Positions 28,453 to 38,548 are shown, counted from the first letter of the stretch. The stretch: DNA of 64,000 nt from an uncultured Actinomycetota bacterium (GCA_963712935.1 CAVQJX010000016.1:14350-78349); one strand, 5' to 3'. The notes: generated by a model not told the origin, from the sequence alone. Numbers and translations: made by a program.

Positions 28453-30186
28453 TCACAGCCAGTGGGTGAGCCACATCCGATCGTTCCACTGCTGGTTGGT
28501 GAGCAGCTTGTCGGTGAGGATCGGGTAGAAGTAAACGAAGTTCAGCGCGACGAGACCGACGAAGACACCGACGGCGATGTTGCCGACCAGCCGCCGCTGG
28601 TATGACGCACCGGCCGGGGCCATGATCTTGCCGAGCACGAGCGCCACGCAGATGACGGTGAACGGGATGATCGCCACCCCGTAGTAGTAGAAGATCGGTC
28701 GCGTGTCGTAGCGAAGCCACGGCAACCAGGTGGTGAGGACTCCGACGAGGGGTATGCCGAACCGCCAGTCGCGGCGACTCACCCAGTAGCCGAAGCCGAT
28801 GAACAGCGCGAAGACCCCGCCCCACCACAGCACCGGTGTGCCGATGGCCAGCACCTGTTTGACGCAGCTCTCGCCCTCAGGGCAGTTGGGGATCTTCGTG
28901 TTGTCCCCGCTGGTCGCCGCGATGCCGAGTGGTCGGTTGATGACGAGCCAGCCGCCGGGGTTGGACTGGAACGGGTGCGTCGCCTCGTTGATGTAGTCGC
29001 TGGTGTGGAACTTGTAGACCTCGATGTTGTAGTTCCACAAGATGTTGAGGTCGTGCCGGACGTGGCCGAGCCAGGTCGTCGGGTGGTCGTCGACCGAGCT
29101 CCAGACGACGTCGGCCTGGCCCGTGTCGTGACCGAAGGCGTCCTCGAACTTCTGCGCGTGGGTGAGGAAGCCCATCCAGGACACGATGTAGACGAGCACA
29201 CTCACCACGAAGATCGTGAAGAAGGCCGGGATCATGTCGGCGACGAGCGACTTCAATGGCGCCCCCTTGACGCCGATGGCCCGCCGGAGACCGGAGTCCC
29301 AGGCCCACACCAGCACCACGAACCCGGCAAGGACGAAGACGGTCGTCCACTTGGTGCCCAGCGCGAGGCCGAAACACACACCGGCCGCGATCCGCCAGGG
29401 CCGGAGGATCAAACCTCGGATCGGGCCGAAATCCCGGGCCGACCGGAGCGGCGTCATCTCGAACTGCCGGGCCATCTTCGCGCGGGCCCAGTCGCGGTCC
29501 GCCACCAGACAGTGGACCGCGCAGAGCAGCCAGAACGCCAGGAAGATGTCGAGCAGCGCGAACCGCGACATCACGAAGTGCAGGCCGTCCAGTGCCAGCA
29601 GAGCTCCGGCCACGCACCCGAGCAGCGTCGAGCCGGTCAGTCTTCGGACCAGGCGGCACATCACGAGCACCATCAGCGTCCCGGTCAGCGCAGCGGAGAA
29701 ACGCCAGCCGAGCGGAGTCAGACCGAAGATCCATTCGCCCGCAGCGATCATCCACTTCCCGACCTCGGGGTGGACCACCTTGCTCGGGGTGTCGAGGAAC
29801 AGGTCGGCCGGCTTGGTGTCGCCGGAGTTGATGAGCGCGTCGGCCTCGCTGGCGTCGGTCTGCGGGTCGTTGACGAACGACATCGCATAGCCCTTGACGA
29901 GCAGCGAGTAGGCGTCCTTGGCGTAGTACGTCTCGTCGAAGGTGATGTCGTGCGGCGTGGACAGGCTCCAAAACTGGAGGATGCCGGCGCAGAGCGTGAC
30001 CGCGAGCGGGGCGACCCAGCCCCAGAACGCGTTGCTCCGGTACGACGGTGGGGTGAACCGGCGGCGAAGCCGGGGCAGTCCCTCACCGTCGATGGTCTTG
30101 CCCAGCAGCGTGACCGCACCGCCCTCGGAGCCGAGCGGGGGTGCGTCGCCCGTCGGGGCGTGGGTCGTCGTCGCCACGGTGGTCAT
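28453..30186 (-). CDS. pmt: dolichyl-phosphate-mannose protein O-mannosyltransferase (PMT family)
   Basis: ATG at 30186. 577 aa polytopic membrane protein with the FDETYYAKDAYSL loop motif. Divergent from rsmI, as for Rv1002c/Rv1003. Confidence 0.85.
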   Translation of the reverse strand: MTTVATTTHAPTGDAPPLGSEGGAVTLLGKTIDGEGLPRLRRRFTPPSYRSNAFWGWVAPLAVTLCAGILQFWSLSTPHDITFDETYYAKDAYSLLVKGYAMSFVNDPQTDASEADALINSGDTKPADLFLDTPSKVVHPEVGKWMIAAGEWIFGLTPLGWRFSAALTGTLMVLVMCRLVRRLTGSTLLGCVAGALLALDGLHFVMSRFALLDIFLAFWLLCAVHCLVADRDWARAKMARQFEMTPLRSARDFGPIRGLILRPWRIAAGVCFGLALGTKWTTVFVLAGFVVLVWAWDSGLRRAIGVKGAPLKSLVADMIPAFFTIFVVSVLVYIVSWMGFLTHAQKFEDAFGHDTGQADVVWSSVDDHPTTWLGHVRHDLNILWNYNIEVYKFHTSDYINEATHPFQSNPGGWLVINRPLGIAATSGDNTKIPNCPEGESCVKQVLAIGTPVLWWGGVFALFIGFGYWVSRRDWRFGIPLVGVLTTWLPWLRYDTRPIFYYYGVAIIPFTVICVALVLGKIMAPAGASYQRRLVGNIAVGVFVGLVALNFVYFYPILTDKLLTNQQWNDRMWLTHWL

Positions 30187-30226
30187 CGTAGGCGAGTCTG
30201 CTGGATGCGCCTGCGATGATGCCGAC

Positions 30227-31054
30227 ATGACACTCGTTCTGGCGGCGACGCCGATCGGCCGGATCGAGGACGCTCCGCCGCGGCTGGCGACGGAGCTCGC
30301 CTCCGCGGACGTGATCGCAGCCGAGGACACCCGTCGGCTGCGGCGGCTGCTGGGAGAGCTCGGGGTCGAGACTTCGGCGCGGGTGGTGTCGTACTTCGAG
30401 GGCAACGAGGTCGCTCGTACGTCGGGCCTGGTGGAGGCCCTGGTCGCCGGTGAACGCGTCGTGCTGGTGACCGATGCCGGTATGCCCAGCGTCTCCGACC
30501 CGGGCTACCGGCTCGTGTCAGCGGCGGTGGCTGCGGGCGTCGAGGTCACGGCGGTGCCGGGGCCGTCCGCGGTCCTGATGGCTCTCGCGGTCTCGGGCCT
30601 GCCGGTCGACCGGTTCTGCTTCGAGGGCTTCCTGCCGCGCAAGTCCGGTGAGCGGCGCCGACGGTTGGCCGAGCTGGCCGACGAGCCGCGCACGATGGTG
30701 TTCTTCGAGGCGCCGCATCGCACCGCCGAGTCGTTGCTGGCGATGGGGGAGGCGTTCGGGCCCGAGCGTGCGGTGGCGGTGTGTCGCGAGCTGACCAAGA
30801 CCTATGAGGAGGTACGCCGCGGCAGCCTTGCCGACGTCAGCGCCTGGGCAGCTGACGGAGTCCGGGGCGAGGTCACGATCGTCGTCGACGGTGCGCCGGC
30901 CATGCCTCCAGCCGAGCTCGACGCCGACCAGCTGCGCTCGCTCGTCGATGCTGCCGCGGCCGACGGGTTGTCCCGCAAGGACGCGGTGTCCCAGGTGGCG
31001 GCCCGGACCGGCATCCCCCGCAAGACCGTCTACGCCGCCGCCCACTCTCGTTGA
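30227..31054 (+). CDS. rsmI: 16S rRNA (cytidine1402-2'-O)-methyltransferase
   Basis: ATG at 30227. LVLAATPIGRIEDAPPRL..IAAEDTRR, DAGMPSVSDPG and FEAPHR motifs. Confidence 0.9.
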   Translation: MTLVLAATPIGRIEDAPPRLATELASADVIAAEDTRRLRRLLGELGVETSARVVSYFEGNEVARTSGLVEALVAGERVVLVTDAGMPSVSDPGYRLVSAAVAAGVEVTAVPGPSAVLMALAVSGLPVDRFCFEGFLPRKSGERRRRLAELADEPRTMVFFEAPHRTAESLLAMGEAFGPERAVAVCRELTKTYEEVRRGSLADVSAWAADGVRGEVTIVVDGAPAMPPAELDADQLRSLVDAAAADGLSRKDAVSQVAARTGIPRKTVYAAAHSR

Positions 31055-31140
31055 GCCGTGAGTTGTTGGGCTGTTGAGCCGTGAGTTGTGGTCCGTTGAG
31101 CCGTGAGTTGTGGCTCCTCGAGCCGTGGGTTTGGTACCGC
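31050..31140. repeat. 22-23 bp tandem direct repeat, three perfect 17-nt cores plus one degenerate copy
   Basis: GTTGAGCCGTGAGTTGT at 31050, 31073 and 31095. Degenerate TCGAGCCGTGGGTTTGG at 31118. The first copy contains the rsmI stop codon. Confidence 0.9.
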
Positions 31141-31181
31141 GCTAGCGTGAAATGCGAACGCGCGACCTCGAAGGGAGCCCC

Positions 31182-32054
31182 ATGGAGATCGGCCTGCACG
31201 TCTCGGACTTCACCTGGCCCGGCGGCCCGGACACGCTCGCCGACGACCTCACCCGGGTGGTGACGACGGCCGACGACCTCGGGTTCGCGCGGATCAGCGT
31301 GATGGATCACGTCTGGCAGATCGGTGTCAACGGGCCGCCCGAGGGGCCGATGCTCGAGGCGTACACCGCTCTGGGCTTCATCGCGGCCCGGACCTCCCGC
31401 GTACGGCTTCTCGCCTGGGTGACCGCCGTCGTCTACCGGGAGCCAGGCATGCTGGCCAAGCTCGTGAGCACGCTCGACGTGCTGTCGAAGGGCCGCGCCT
31501 GGCTCGGCGTCGGTGCCGCGTGGAACGAGGACGAAGCACGCGGCCTCGGGTTGCCCTTCCCACCGACCGCCGAGCGTTTCGAGCGGCTCGAAGAGGCCGT
31601 GCAGATCTGTCAGCAGATGTGGAGTGCTGACGACGGCCCGTATGCCGGCCGGCACTACCAGCTGACCCGGACGCTCAACTCGCCACAGCCGATCAGCAGG
31701 CCGCACCCACCGATCCTCATCGGCGGCGGTGGCGAGAAGAAGACGCTGCGCCTCGTCGCGCAGTACGCGCAGGCCTGCAACCTCTTCGACAGTCCCGAAC
31801 TGGCCCACAAGCTCGAGGTGCTGCGAGCCCACTGCGACGCGGTTGGCCGCGACTACGACGACATCGAGAAGACGGTGATGCTGCGGCTCGACCCCGGCGA
31901 GCACGGTGAGCACGTCGACACGCTGCTCGAGGACCTGCACCGGCTGTCCGAGCTCGGCGTCGCCGAGACTCACGGCAAGGTTCCCCATGTCTCCGACCTC
32001 AAGCGGCTGGAGATCCTCGGTGATCGGGTGATCCCGGTGGCCGCCGCCTTCTGA
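31182..32054 (+). CDS. LLM class F420-dependent oxidoreductase (Rv1855c-like)
   Basis: ATG at 31182 after GAAGGGAG. ISVMDHVWQIG, LDVLSKGRAWLGVGAAWNEDE and PPILIGGGGEKKTLRLVA are typical of luciferase-like monooxygenase family proteins. Confidence 0.8.
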   Translation: MEIGLHVSDFTWPGGPDTLADDLTRVVTTADDLGFARISVMDHVWQIGVNGPPEGPMLEAYTALGFIAARTSRVRLLAWVTAVVYREPGMLAKLVSTLDVLSKGRAWLGVGAAWNEDEARGLGLPFPPTAERFERLEEAVQICQQMWSADDGPYAGRHYQLTRTLNSPQPISRPHPPILIGGGGEKKTLRLVAQYAQACNLFDSPELAHKLEVLRAHCDAVGRDYDDIEKTVMLRLDPGEHGEHVDTLLEDLHRLSELGVAETHGKVPHVSDLKRLEILGDRVIPVAAAF

Positions 32055-33864
32055 GCTACCCGCACGTCGTCCGTGGGCCGGCGAAACCGGCTCGACGCGG
32101 CCCCTAGGATTGGGGCCATGCCCGACAGCCCCGCCAAGGCGTTCTACGTCACCACGCCGATCTACTACGTGACGGCCCCGCCCTCCATCGGCAACGCATA
32201 CACGACGGTCGCTGCCGACGTCCTGGCACGGTGGCACCGGCAGATGGGTGAGGACGTCGTCTTCCTGACGGGTACCGACGAGCACGGCCAGAAGGTCCTC
32301 GAGGCAGCCGAAGAACACGGTGTGACGCCGCAGGAGTGGGCCGACCGGCTCGTCGAGACCGAGTGGCAGCCTGTCCTTTCGGTGATCGACGCCAGCAACG
32401 ACGACTTCATCCGTACGACGGAGCCACGCCACACCGAGCGGGTGCAGGAGTTCTGGCAGGCCGTCTACGACGCGGGTGACGTCTACGAGGGCAGCTACGA
32501 AGGGCCGTACTGCATCTCGTGTGAGGAGTTCAAGCTGCCGTCCGAGCTGCTCGACGGCAACGAGGGCCAGAAGCTGTGCCCTATCCACGAGCGACCCGTC
32601 GAGACGCTGTCGGAGGTCAACTACTTCTTCGCCCTGAGCAAGTACGCCGATCGGCTGCTCGCGCTGTACGAGGACGAGCCCACGTTCGTGCAGCCCGACA
32701 GTGCGCGCAACGAGGTCATCTCGTTCGTGCGGCAGGGGCTGCAGGACCTGTCGATCTCGCGCTCGACCTTCGACTGGGGGATCCCGGTGCCGTGGGACGA
32801 GAAGCACGTCTTCTACGTGTGGATCGACGCGCTGCTCAACTACGCGACCGCGGCGGGCTTCGGGACCGACCCGGAGCGGTTCGCCCGCATCTGGCCGGCT
32901 GACGTGCAGCTCGTCGGCAAGGACATCCTGCGCTTCCACGCGGTCATCTGGCCGGCCATGCTGATGGCGGCCGGCGTCGACGTACCGCGGCGGGTCTTCG
33001 CGCACGGCTGGCTGCAGGTCGGCGGTCAGAAGATGAGCAAGTCCAAGGCGACGGCCATCCATCCGAGCGAGATCGTCGACACGTTCGGCTCGGACGCCTA
33101 CCGCTACTACTTCACGCGGACGATCTCCTTCGGCTCCGACGGCAGCTTCTCGTGGGAGCACATGAGCGCGGTCTACACGAGTGAGCTCGCGAACGGGCTG
33201 GGCAACCTCGCTTCGCGGGTCACCGCGATGGTGGGCAAGTACTTCGACGGGGTTCTGCCGGAGCAGGGTGCGCAGGGTCCCGCCGAACTGGCCCTGGCCG
33301 ACGCGCTTGCCGCAGCCGCCCGTACCGCCGACGACGCGATCGAGCGGGTGGCGATCCATGAAGCGGTGGGTGCGGTCGCCGACTTCGTGGGATTGGTCAA
33401 CGGCTACGTCACCGAGCAGGAGCCATGGAAGGTGGCCAAGGACGACAGCCCGGCCGGCCAACGGCGCCTGGCGACGATCCTGTACGCCGCTGCCGAGTCG
33501 CTGCGCGGCGTGGCGGTGCTGCATCACGCGGTGATGCCGCGCACCGCGGCCGCATTGTGGGCGGCCCTCGGCGCTGACGCCATCGGACCGCTGGCCGATC
33601 AACGCATCGCCGAGGTCGGGACGTGGGGCCAGCTGCCTGCAGGAGCGATGTTGACCAAGGGCGCGTCGCTGTTCCCCCGGATCGACACGGTGGAGGCAGG
33701 GCCTGGGGGCGCCGCTCGATGAGCGGCCCGCTGCGGGCGCGCGCAGGTGACGACGAGACGGGCCGTCGGGACGTGACCCGGCCACCGCTGCCAGATCCGC
33801 TGCCGAGTCCGGTCGTCGACAACCACTGTCATCTCGACATCGCGGATGGCGACGGGTGGTTGGA
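31379..33864 (+). repeat. tandem duplication, copy A (LLM 3' part + metG + first 146 nt of tatD)
   Basis: Aligned directly by eye with 33865..36348. The offset is 2486 nt, then 2484 nt after two 1-nt gaps. Confidence 0.95.
32118..33722 (+). CDS. metG: methionine--tRNA ligase, copy 1
   Basis: ATG at 32118. YVTTPIYYVTAPPSIGNAYT (HIGH-region equivalent), KMSKS motif QKMSKSKATAI, CxxC knuckle. 534 aa. Confidence 0.95.
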   Translation: MPDSPAKAFYVTTPIYYVTAPPSIGNAYTTVAADVLARWHRQMGEDVVFLTGTDEHGQKVLEAAEEHGVTPQEWADRLVETEWQPVLSVIDASNDDFIRTTEPRHTERVQEFWQAVYDAGDVYEGSYEGPYCISCEEFKLPSELLDGNEGQKLCPIHERPVETLSEVNYFFALSKYADRLLALYEDEPTFVQPDSARNEVISFVRQGLQDLSISRSTFDWGIPVPWDEKHVFYVWIDALLNYATAAGFGTDPERFARIWPADVQLVGKDILRFHAVIWPAMLMAAGVDVPRRVFAHGWLQVGGQKMSKSKATAIHPSEIVDTFGSDAYRYYFTRTISFGSDGSFSWEHMSAVYTSELANGLGNLASRVTAMVGKYFDGVLPEQGAQGPAELALADALAAAARTADDAIERVAIHEAVGAVADFVGLVNGYVTEQEPWKVAKDDSPAGQRRLATILYAAAESLRGVAVLHHAVMPRTAAALWAALGADAIGPLADQRIAEVGTWGQLPAGAMLTKGASLFPRIDTVEAGPGGAAR

Positions 33865-33907
33865 CATCGCGGCCCGGACTTCCCGCGTACGGCTTCTCGC
33901 TGGGTGA
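33719..33907 (+). pseudogene. duplication-junction chimera: tatD codons 1-49 fused in frame to the LLM oxidoreductase interior, then truncated
   Basis: MSGPLRARAGDDETGRRDVTRPPLPDPLPSPVVDNHCHLDIADGDGWL(D) followed by IAARTSRVRLLA from LLM. A 1-nt gap relative to copy A (GCCTGG -> GCTGG) creates TGA at 33905. Confidence 0.85.
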
Positions 33908-33916
33908 CGCCGTCGT

Positions 33917-34538
33917 CTACCGGGAGCCAGGCATGCTGGCCAAGCTCGTGAGCACGCTCGACGTGCTGTCGAAGGGCCGCGCCTGGCTCGGCGTCGGTGC
34001 CGCGTGGAACGAGGACGAAGCACGCGGCCTCGGGTTGCCCTTCCCACCGACCGCCGAGCGTTTCGAGCGGCTCGAAGAGGCCGTGCAGATCTGTCAGCAG
34101 ATGTGGAGTGCTGACGACGGCCCGTATGCCGGCCGGCACTACCAGCTGACCCGGACGCTCAACTCGCCACAGCCGATCAGCAGGCCGCACCCACCGATCC
34201 TCATCGGCGGCGGTGGCGAGAAGAAGACGCTGCGCCTCGTCGCGCAGTACGCGCAGGCCTGCAACCTCTTCGACAGTCCCGAACTGGCCCACAAGCTCGA
34301 GGTGCTGCGAGCCCACTGCGACGCGGTTGGCCGCGACTACGACGACATCGAGAAGACGGTGATGCTGCGGCTCGACCCCGGCGAGCACGGTGAGCACGTC
34401 GACACGCTGCTCGAGGACCTGCACCGGCTCTCCGAGCTCGGCGTCGCCGAGACTCACGGCAAGGTTCCCCATGTCTCCGACCTCAAGCGGCTGGAGATCC
34501 TCGGTGATCGGGTGATCCCGGTGGCCGCCGCCTTCTGA
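33917..34538 (+). pseudogene. 3' fragment of LLM F420-dependent oxidoreductase (duplicate, lacks its own start and N-terminal 80 codons)
   Basis: From VVYREPGMLAKL to the stop, the protein is identical to 31182..32054. I found one silent nt difference. It is out of frame with the junction ORF because of two 1-nt gaps. Confidence 0.85.
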
Positions 34539-34601
34539 GCCACCCGCACGTCGTTCGTGGGCCGGCGAAACCGGCTCGACGCGGCCCCTAGGATTGGGGC
34601 C

Positions 34602-36206
34602 ATGCCCGACAGCCCCGCCAAGGCGTTCTACGTCACCACGCCTATCTACTACGTGACGGCCCCGCCCTCCATCGGGAACGCGTACACGACCGTCGCTGCC
34701 GACGTCCTGGCACGTTGGCACCGGCAGATGGGTGAGGACGTCGTCTTCCTGACGGGTACGGACGAGCACGGCCAGAAGGTCCTGGAGGCAGCTGAAGAAC
34801 ACGGTGTGACGCCCCAGGAGTGGGCCGACCGGCTCGTCGAGACCGAGTGGCAGCCCGTCCTTTCGGTGATCGACGCCAGCAACGACGACTTCATCCGTAC
34901 GACGGAGCCACGCCACACCGAGCGGGTGCAGGAGTTCTGGCAGGCCGTCTACGACGCGGGCGACGTCTACGAGGGCAGCTACGAAGGGCCGTACTGCATC
35001 TCGTGCGAGGAGTTCAAGCTGCCGTCTGAGCTGCTCGACGGCGACGAGGGCCAGAAGTTGTGCCCCATCCACGAGCGACCCGTCGAGACGCTGTCGGAGG
35101 TCAATTACTTCTTCGCCCTGAGCAAGTACGCCGACCGGCTGCTCGCGCTGTACGAGGACGAGCCCACGTTCGTGCAACCCGAGAGCGCACGCAACGAGGT
35201 CATCTCGTTCGTGCGGCAGGGGCTGCAGGACCTGTCCATCTCGCGTTCGACCTTCGACTGGGGGATCCCGGTGCCGTGGGACGAGAAGCACGTCTTCTAC
35301 GTGTGGATCGACGCGCTGCTCAACTACGCGACCGCGGCCGGCTTCGGGACCGACCCGGAGCGGTTCGCCCGCATCTGGCCGGCTGACGTGCAGCTCGTCG
35401 GCAAGGACATCCTGCGTTTCCACGCCGTCATCTGGCCCGCGATGTTGATGGCGGCCGGCGTCGACGTACCGCGCCGGGTCTTCGCCCACGGCTGGCTGCA
35501 GGTCGGCGGTCAGAAGATGAGCAAGTCCAAGGCGACGGCCATCCACCCGAGCGAGATCGTCGACACGTTCGGCTCGGACGCCTACCGCTACTACTTCACG
35601 CGCACGATCTCCTTCGGCTCCGACGGCAGCTTCTCGTGGGAGCACATGAGCGCGGTCTACACGAGTGAGCTCGCGAACGGCCTGGGCAACCTCGCCTCGC
35701 GGGTTACCGCGATGGTCGGCAAGTACTTCGACGGGGTCCTGCCCGAGCCGGGCGAGCTGGGTCCCGCCGAGCTGGCCTTGGCCGACGGGCTTGCGGCAGC
35801 CGCCCGTACGGCCGACGACGCGATCGAGCGGGTCGCGATCCACGAAGCGGTGGGTGCGGTGGCCGACTTCGTGGGACTGGTCAACGGCTACGTCACCGAG
35901 CAGGAGCCATGGAAGGTGGCCAAGGACGACAGCCCGGCCGGCCAACGGCGCCTGGCGACGATCCTGTACGCCGCTGCGGAGTCGCTGCGTGGGGTGGCGG
36001 TGCTGCATCACGCGGTGATGCCGCGCACCGCGGCCGCATTGTGGGCGGCCCTCGGCGCCGACGCCATCGGGCCGCTGGCCGACCAACGCATCGCCACGGT
36101 CGGGACGTGGGGCCAACTGCCCGCGGGAGCCGTGTTGACCAAGGGCGCGTCCTTGTTCCCCCGGATCGACACGGTGGAGGCAGGGACCGAGAGCGCTGCT
36201 CGATGA
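34602..36206 (+). CDS. metG: methionine--tRNA ligase, copy 2
   Basis: Same length and motifs as copy 1. 11 aa differences read from the two translations, most of them in the C-terminal third. Confidence 0.95.
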   Translation: MPDSPAKAFYVTTPIYYVTAPPSIGNAYTTVAADVLARWHRQMGEDVVFLTGTDEHGQKVLEAAEEHGVTPQEWADRLVETEWQPVLSVIDASNDDFIRTTEPRHTERVQEFWQAVYDAGDVYEGSYEGPYCISCEEFKLPSELLDGDEGQKLCPIHERPVETLSEVNYFFALSKYADRLLALYEDEPTFVQPESARNEVISFVRQGLQDLSISRSTFDWGIPVPWDEKHVFYVWIDALLNYATAAGFGTDPERFARIWPADVQLVGKDILRFHAVIWPAMLMAAGVDVPRRVFAHGWLQVGGQKMSKSKATAIHPSEIVDTFGSDAYRYYFTRTISFGSDGSFSWEHMSAVYTSELANGLGNLASRVTAMVGKYFDGVLPEPGELGPAELALADGLAAAARTADDAIERVAIHEAVGAVADFVGLVNGYVTEQEPWKVAKDDSPAGQRRLATILYAAAESLRGVAVLHHAVMPRTAAALWAALGADAIGPLADQRIATVGTWGQLPAGAVLTKGASLFPRIDTVEAGTESAAR

Positions 36207-37135
36207 GTGGCCCCCTGCGGGCGCGTGCAGGTGAAGACGAGACGGGCCGTCGGGACGTGACCCGGCCACCGCTACCGGATCCACTGCCGAGTCCGGTCGT
36301 CGACAACCACTGTCATCTCGACATCGCGGATGGCGACGGGTGGTTGGAGCCGGCGGAGGCGCTCCGCTGGTCGGCCGAGGTCGGCGTCCCGCGCATCGTG
36401 CAGATTGGCTGCGACCTTCCCGGAGCCCGCTGGGCCGTCGAGACGGCGACGGCGTACGACGCGATCGTGGCCGGAGTGGCGATCCACCCGAACGAAGCGC
36501 CTCGGCTCGAGGCTGACGGCAGCCTCGACGCCGCGCTCGTGGAGATCGAGGAGCTGGTCACGTCGAGTCCGCGGGTGCGCGCCGTGGGGGAGACCGGCCT
36601 GGACTACTACCGGACCGGGCCCGAGGGTGTCGATGCGCAGCGGAGGTCGTTCGCGGCGCACATCGCGCTGGCGCACCGCCACGGGAGGGCGCTGGTCATC
36701 CACGACCGCGATGCGCACGACGACGTGCTGGCCATGCTCGACGAGCACGGGGTGCCGGAGCGGACCGTGCTGCACTGCTTCTCCGGTGACGAGGTGTTCG
36801 CGCGCGCCTGCCTGGATCGCGGCGCGTACCTGTCCTTCGCGGGGACGGTGACGTTCAAGAACGCGGCGCCGCTCCGGCGGGCGTTGGCGGTGGCTCCGTT
36901 GGACCGGATCCTGGTCGAGACCGACGCGCCGTACCTGACGCCGGTGCCCTTCCGCGGCCGGCCCAACGCGTCGTACCTGGTGCCCCACACGGTGCGCGCG
37001 ATGGCGGAGGTGCGGCAGGTGTCGCTCGAAGCGATGTGTACGGCGATCGACGCCAACACCGACGCCGCGTTCGGGGGGTCGTGGGGGACTGCCCAAGGCA
37101 AACCTGGAGCCAACAAGGGAAGTTTGCCTAGTTAA
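36203..37135 (+). CDS. tatD: TatD family metal-dependent DNase/hydrolase
   Basis: ATGA overlap with the metG stop. VVDNHCHLD, AVGETGLDYY, HCFSG and ETDAPYLTP motifs. Confidence 0.9.
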   Translation: MSGPLRARAGEDETGRRDVTRPPLPDPLPSPVVDNHCHLDIADGDGWLEPAEALRWSAEVGVPRIVQIGCDLPGARWAVETATAYDAIVAGVAIHPNEAPRLEADGSLDAALVEIEELVTSSPRVRAVGETGLDYYRTGPEGVDAQRRSFAAHIALAHRHGRALVIHDRDAHDDVLAMLDEHGVPERTVLHCFSGDEVFARACLDRGAYLSFAGTVTFKNAAPLRRALAVAPLDRILVETDAPYLTPVPFRGRPNASYLVPHTVRAMAEVRQVSLEAMCTAIDANTDAAFGGSWGTAQGKPGANKGSLPS

Positions 37136-37165
37136 CCATCCATATGGCTTGTTCACTAGGCAAAC
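37122..37165 (+). terminator. 11-bp perfect stem hairpin overlapping the tatD stop
   Basis: GTTTGCCTAGT-n22-ACTAGGCAAAC in an unusually AT-rich patch. The loop contains the palindrome CCATATGG. No U-tract follows. Confidence 0.45.
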
Positions 37166-37399
37166 GCACGGCGAGGGATGGGCAGCGCGGCCGGGTGGGA
37201 GACCCGGCGGGTAGGGCCGGGGCCGGGTCGTGATCAGTTCGTGATCTCGTGAGATGGGTCACGTCGCCCCGCCTGAGCGATGCTCGTCCGTTTGGGTCCG
37301 CCAGCGATGTTTGGCATGGTCGAACGCTGTTGGCCGGAAGCAGGAATGCCTACAAAACACCTTCAAACGGGCATTATCCTCCCGCATCCCCTGCGGTAG

Positions 37400-38548
<1,149 letters not shown>

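Larger units (their letters stand above)
33865..36348 (+). repeat. tandem duplication, copy B
   Basis: See copy A. It ends where the intact tatD diverges from the junction (TGGTTGGA|GCCGGCGG versus TGGTTGGA|CATCGCGG). Confidence 0.95.

Noticed and set aside
31050-31140. The 22-23 bp repeat array as a CRISPR array
   Set aside because: The units are directly abutting, with only 5-6 variable nt between the 17-nt cores. There are only 3-4 copies, no spacers of 25-40 nt and no cas genes in the window.
30873-36284. A 1803-aa ORF on the minus strand spanning rsmI, LLM, both metG copies and tatD
   Set aside because: It is antisense to genes with unambiguous motifs. Its translation is Arg/Gly/Pro/Val-rich low-complexity sequence, typical of stop-free antisense frames in high-GC DNA. 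Its internal repeat simply mirrors the tandem duplication.
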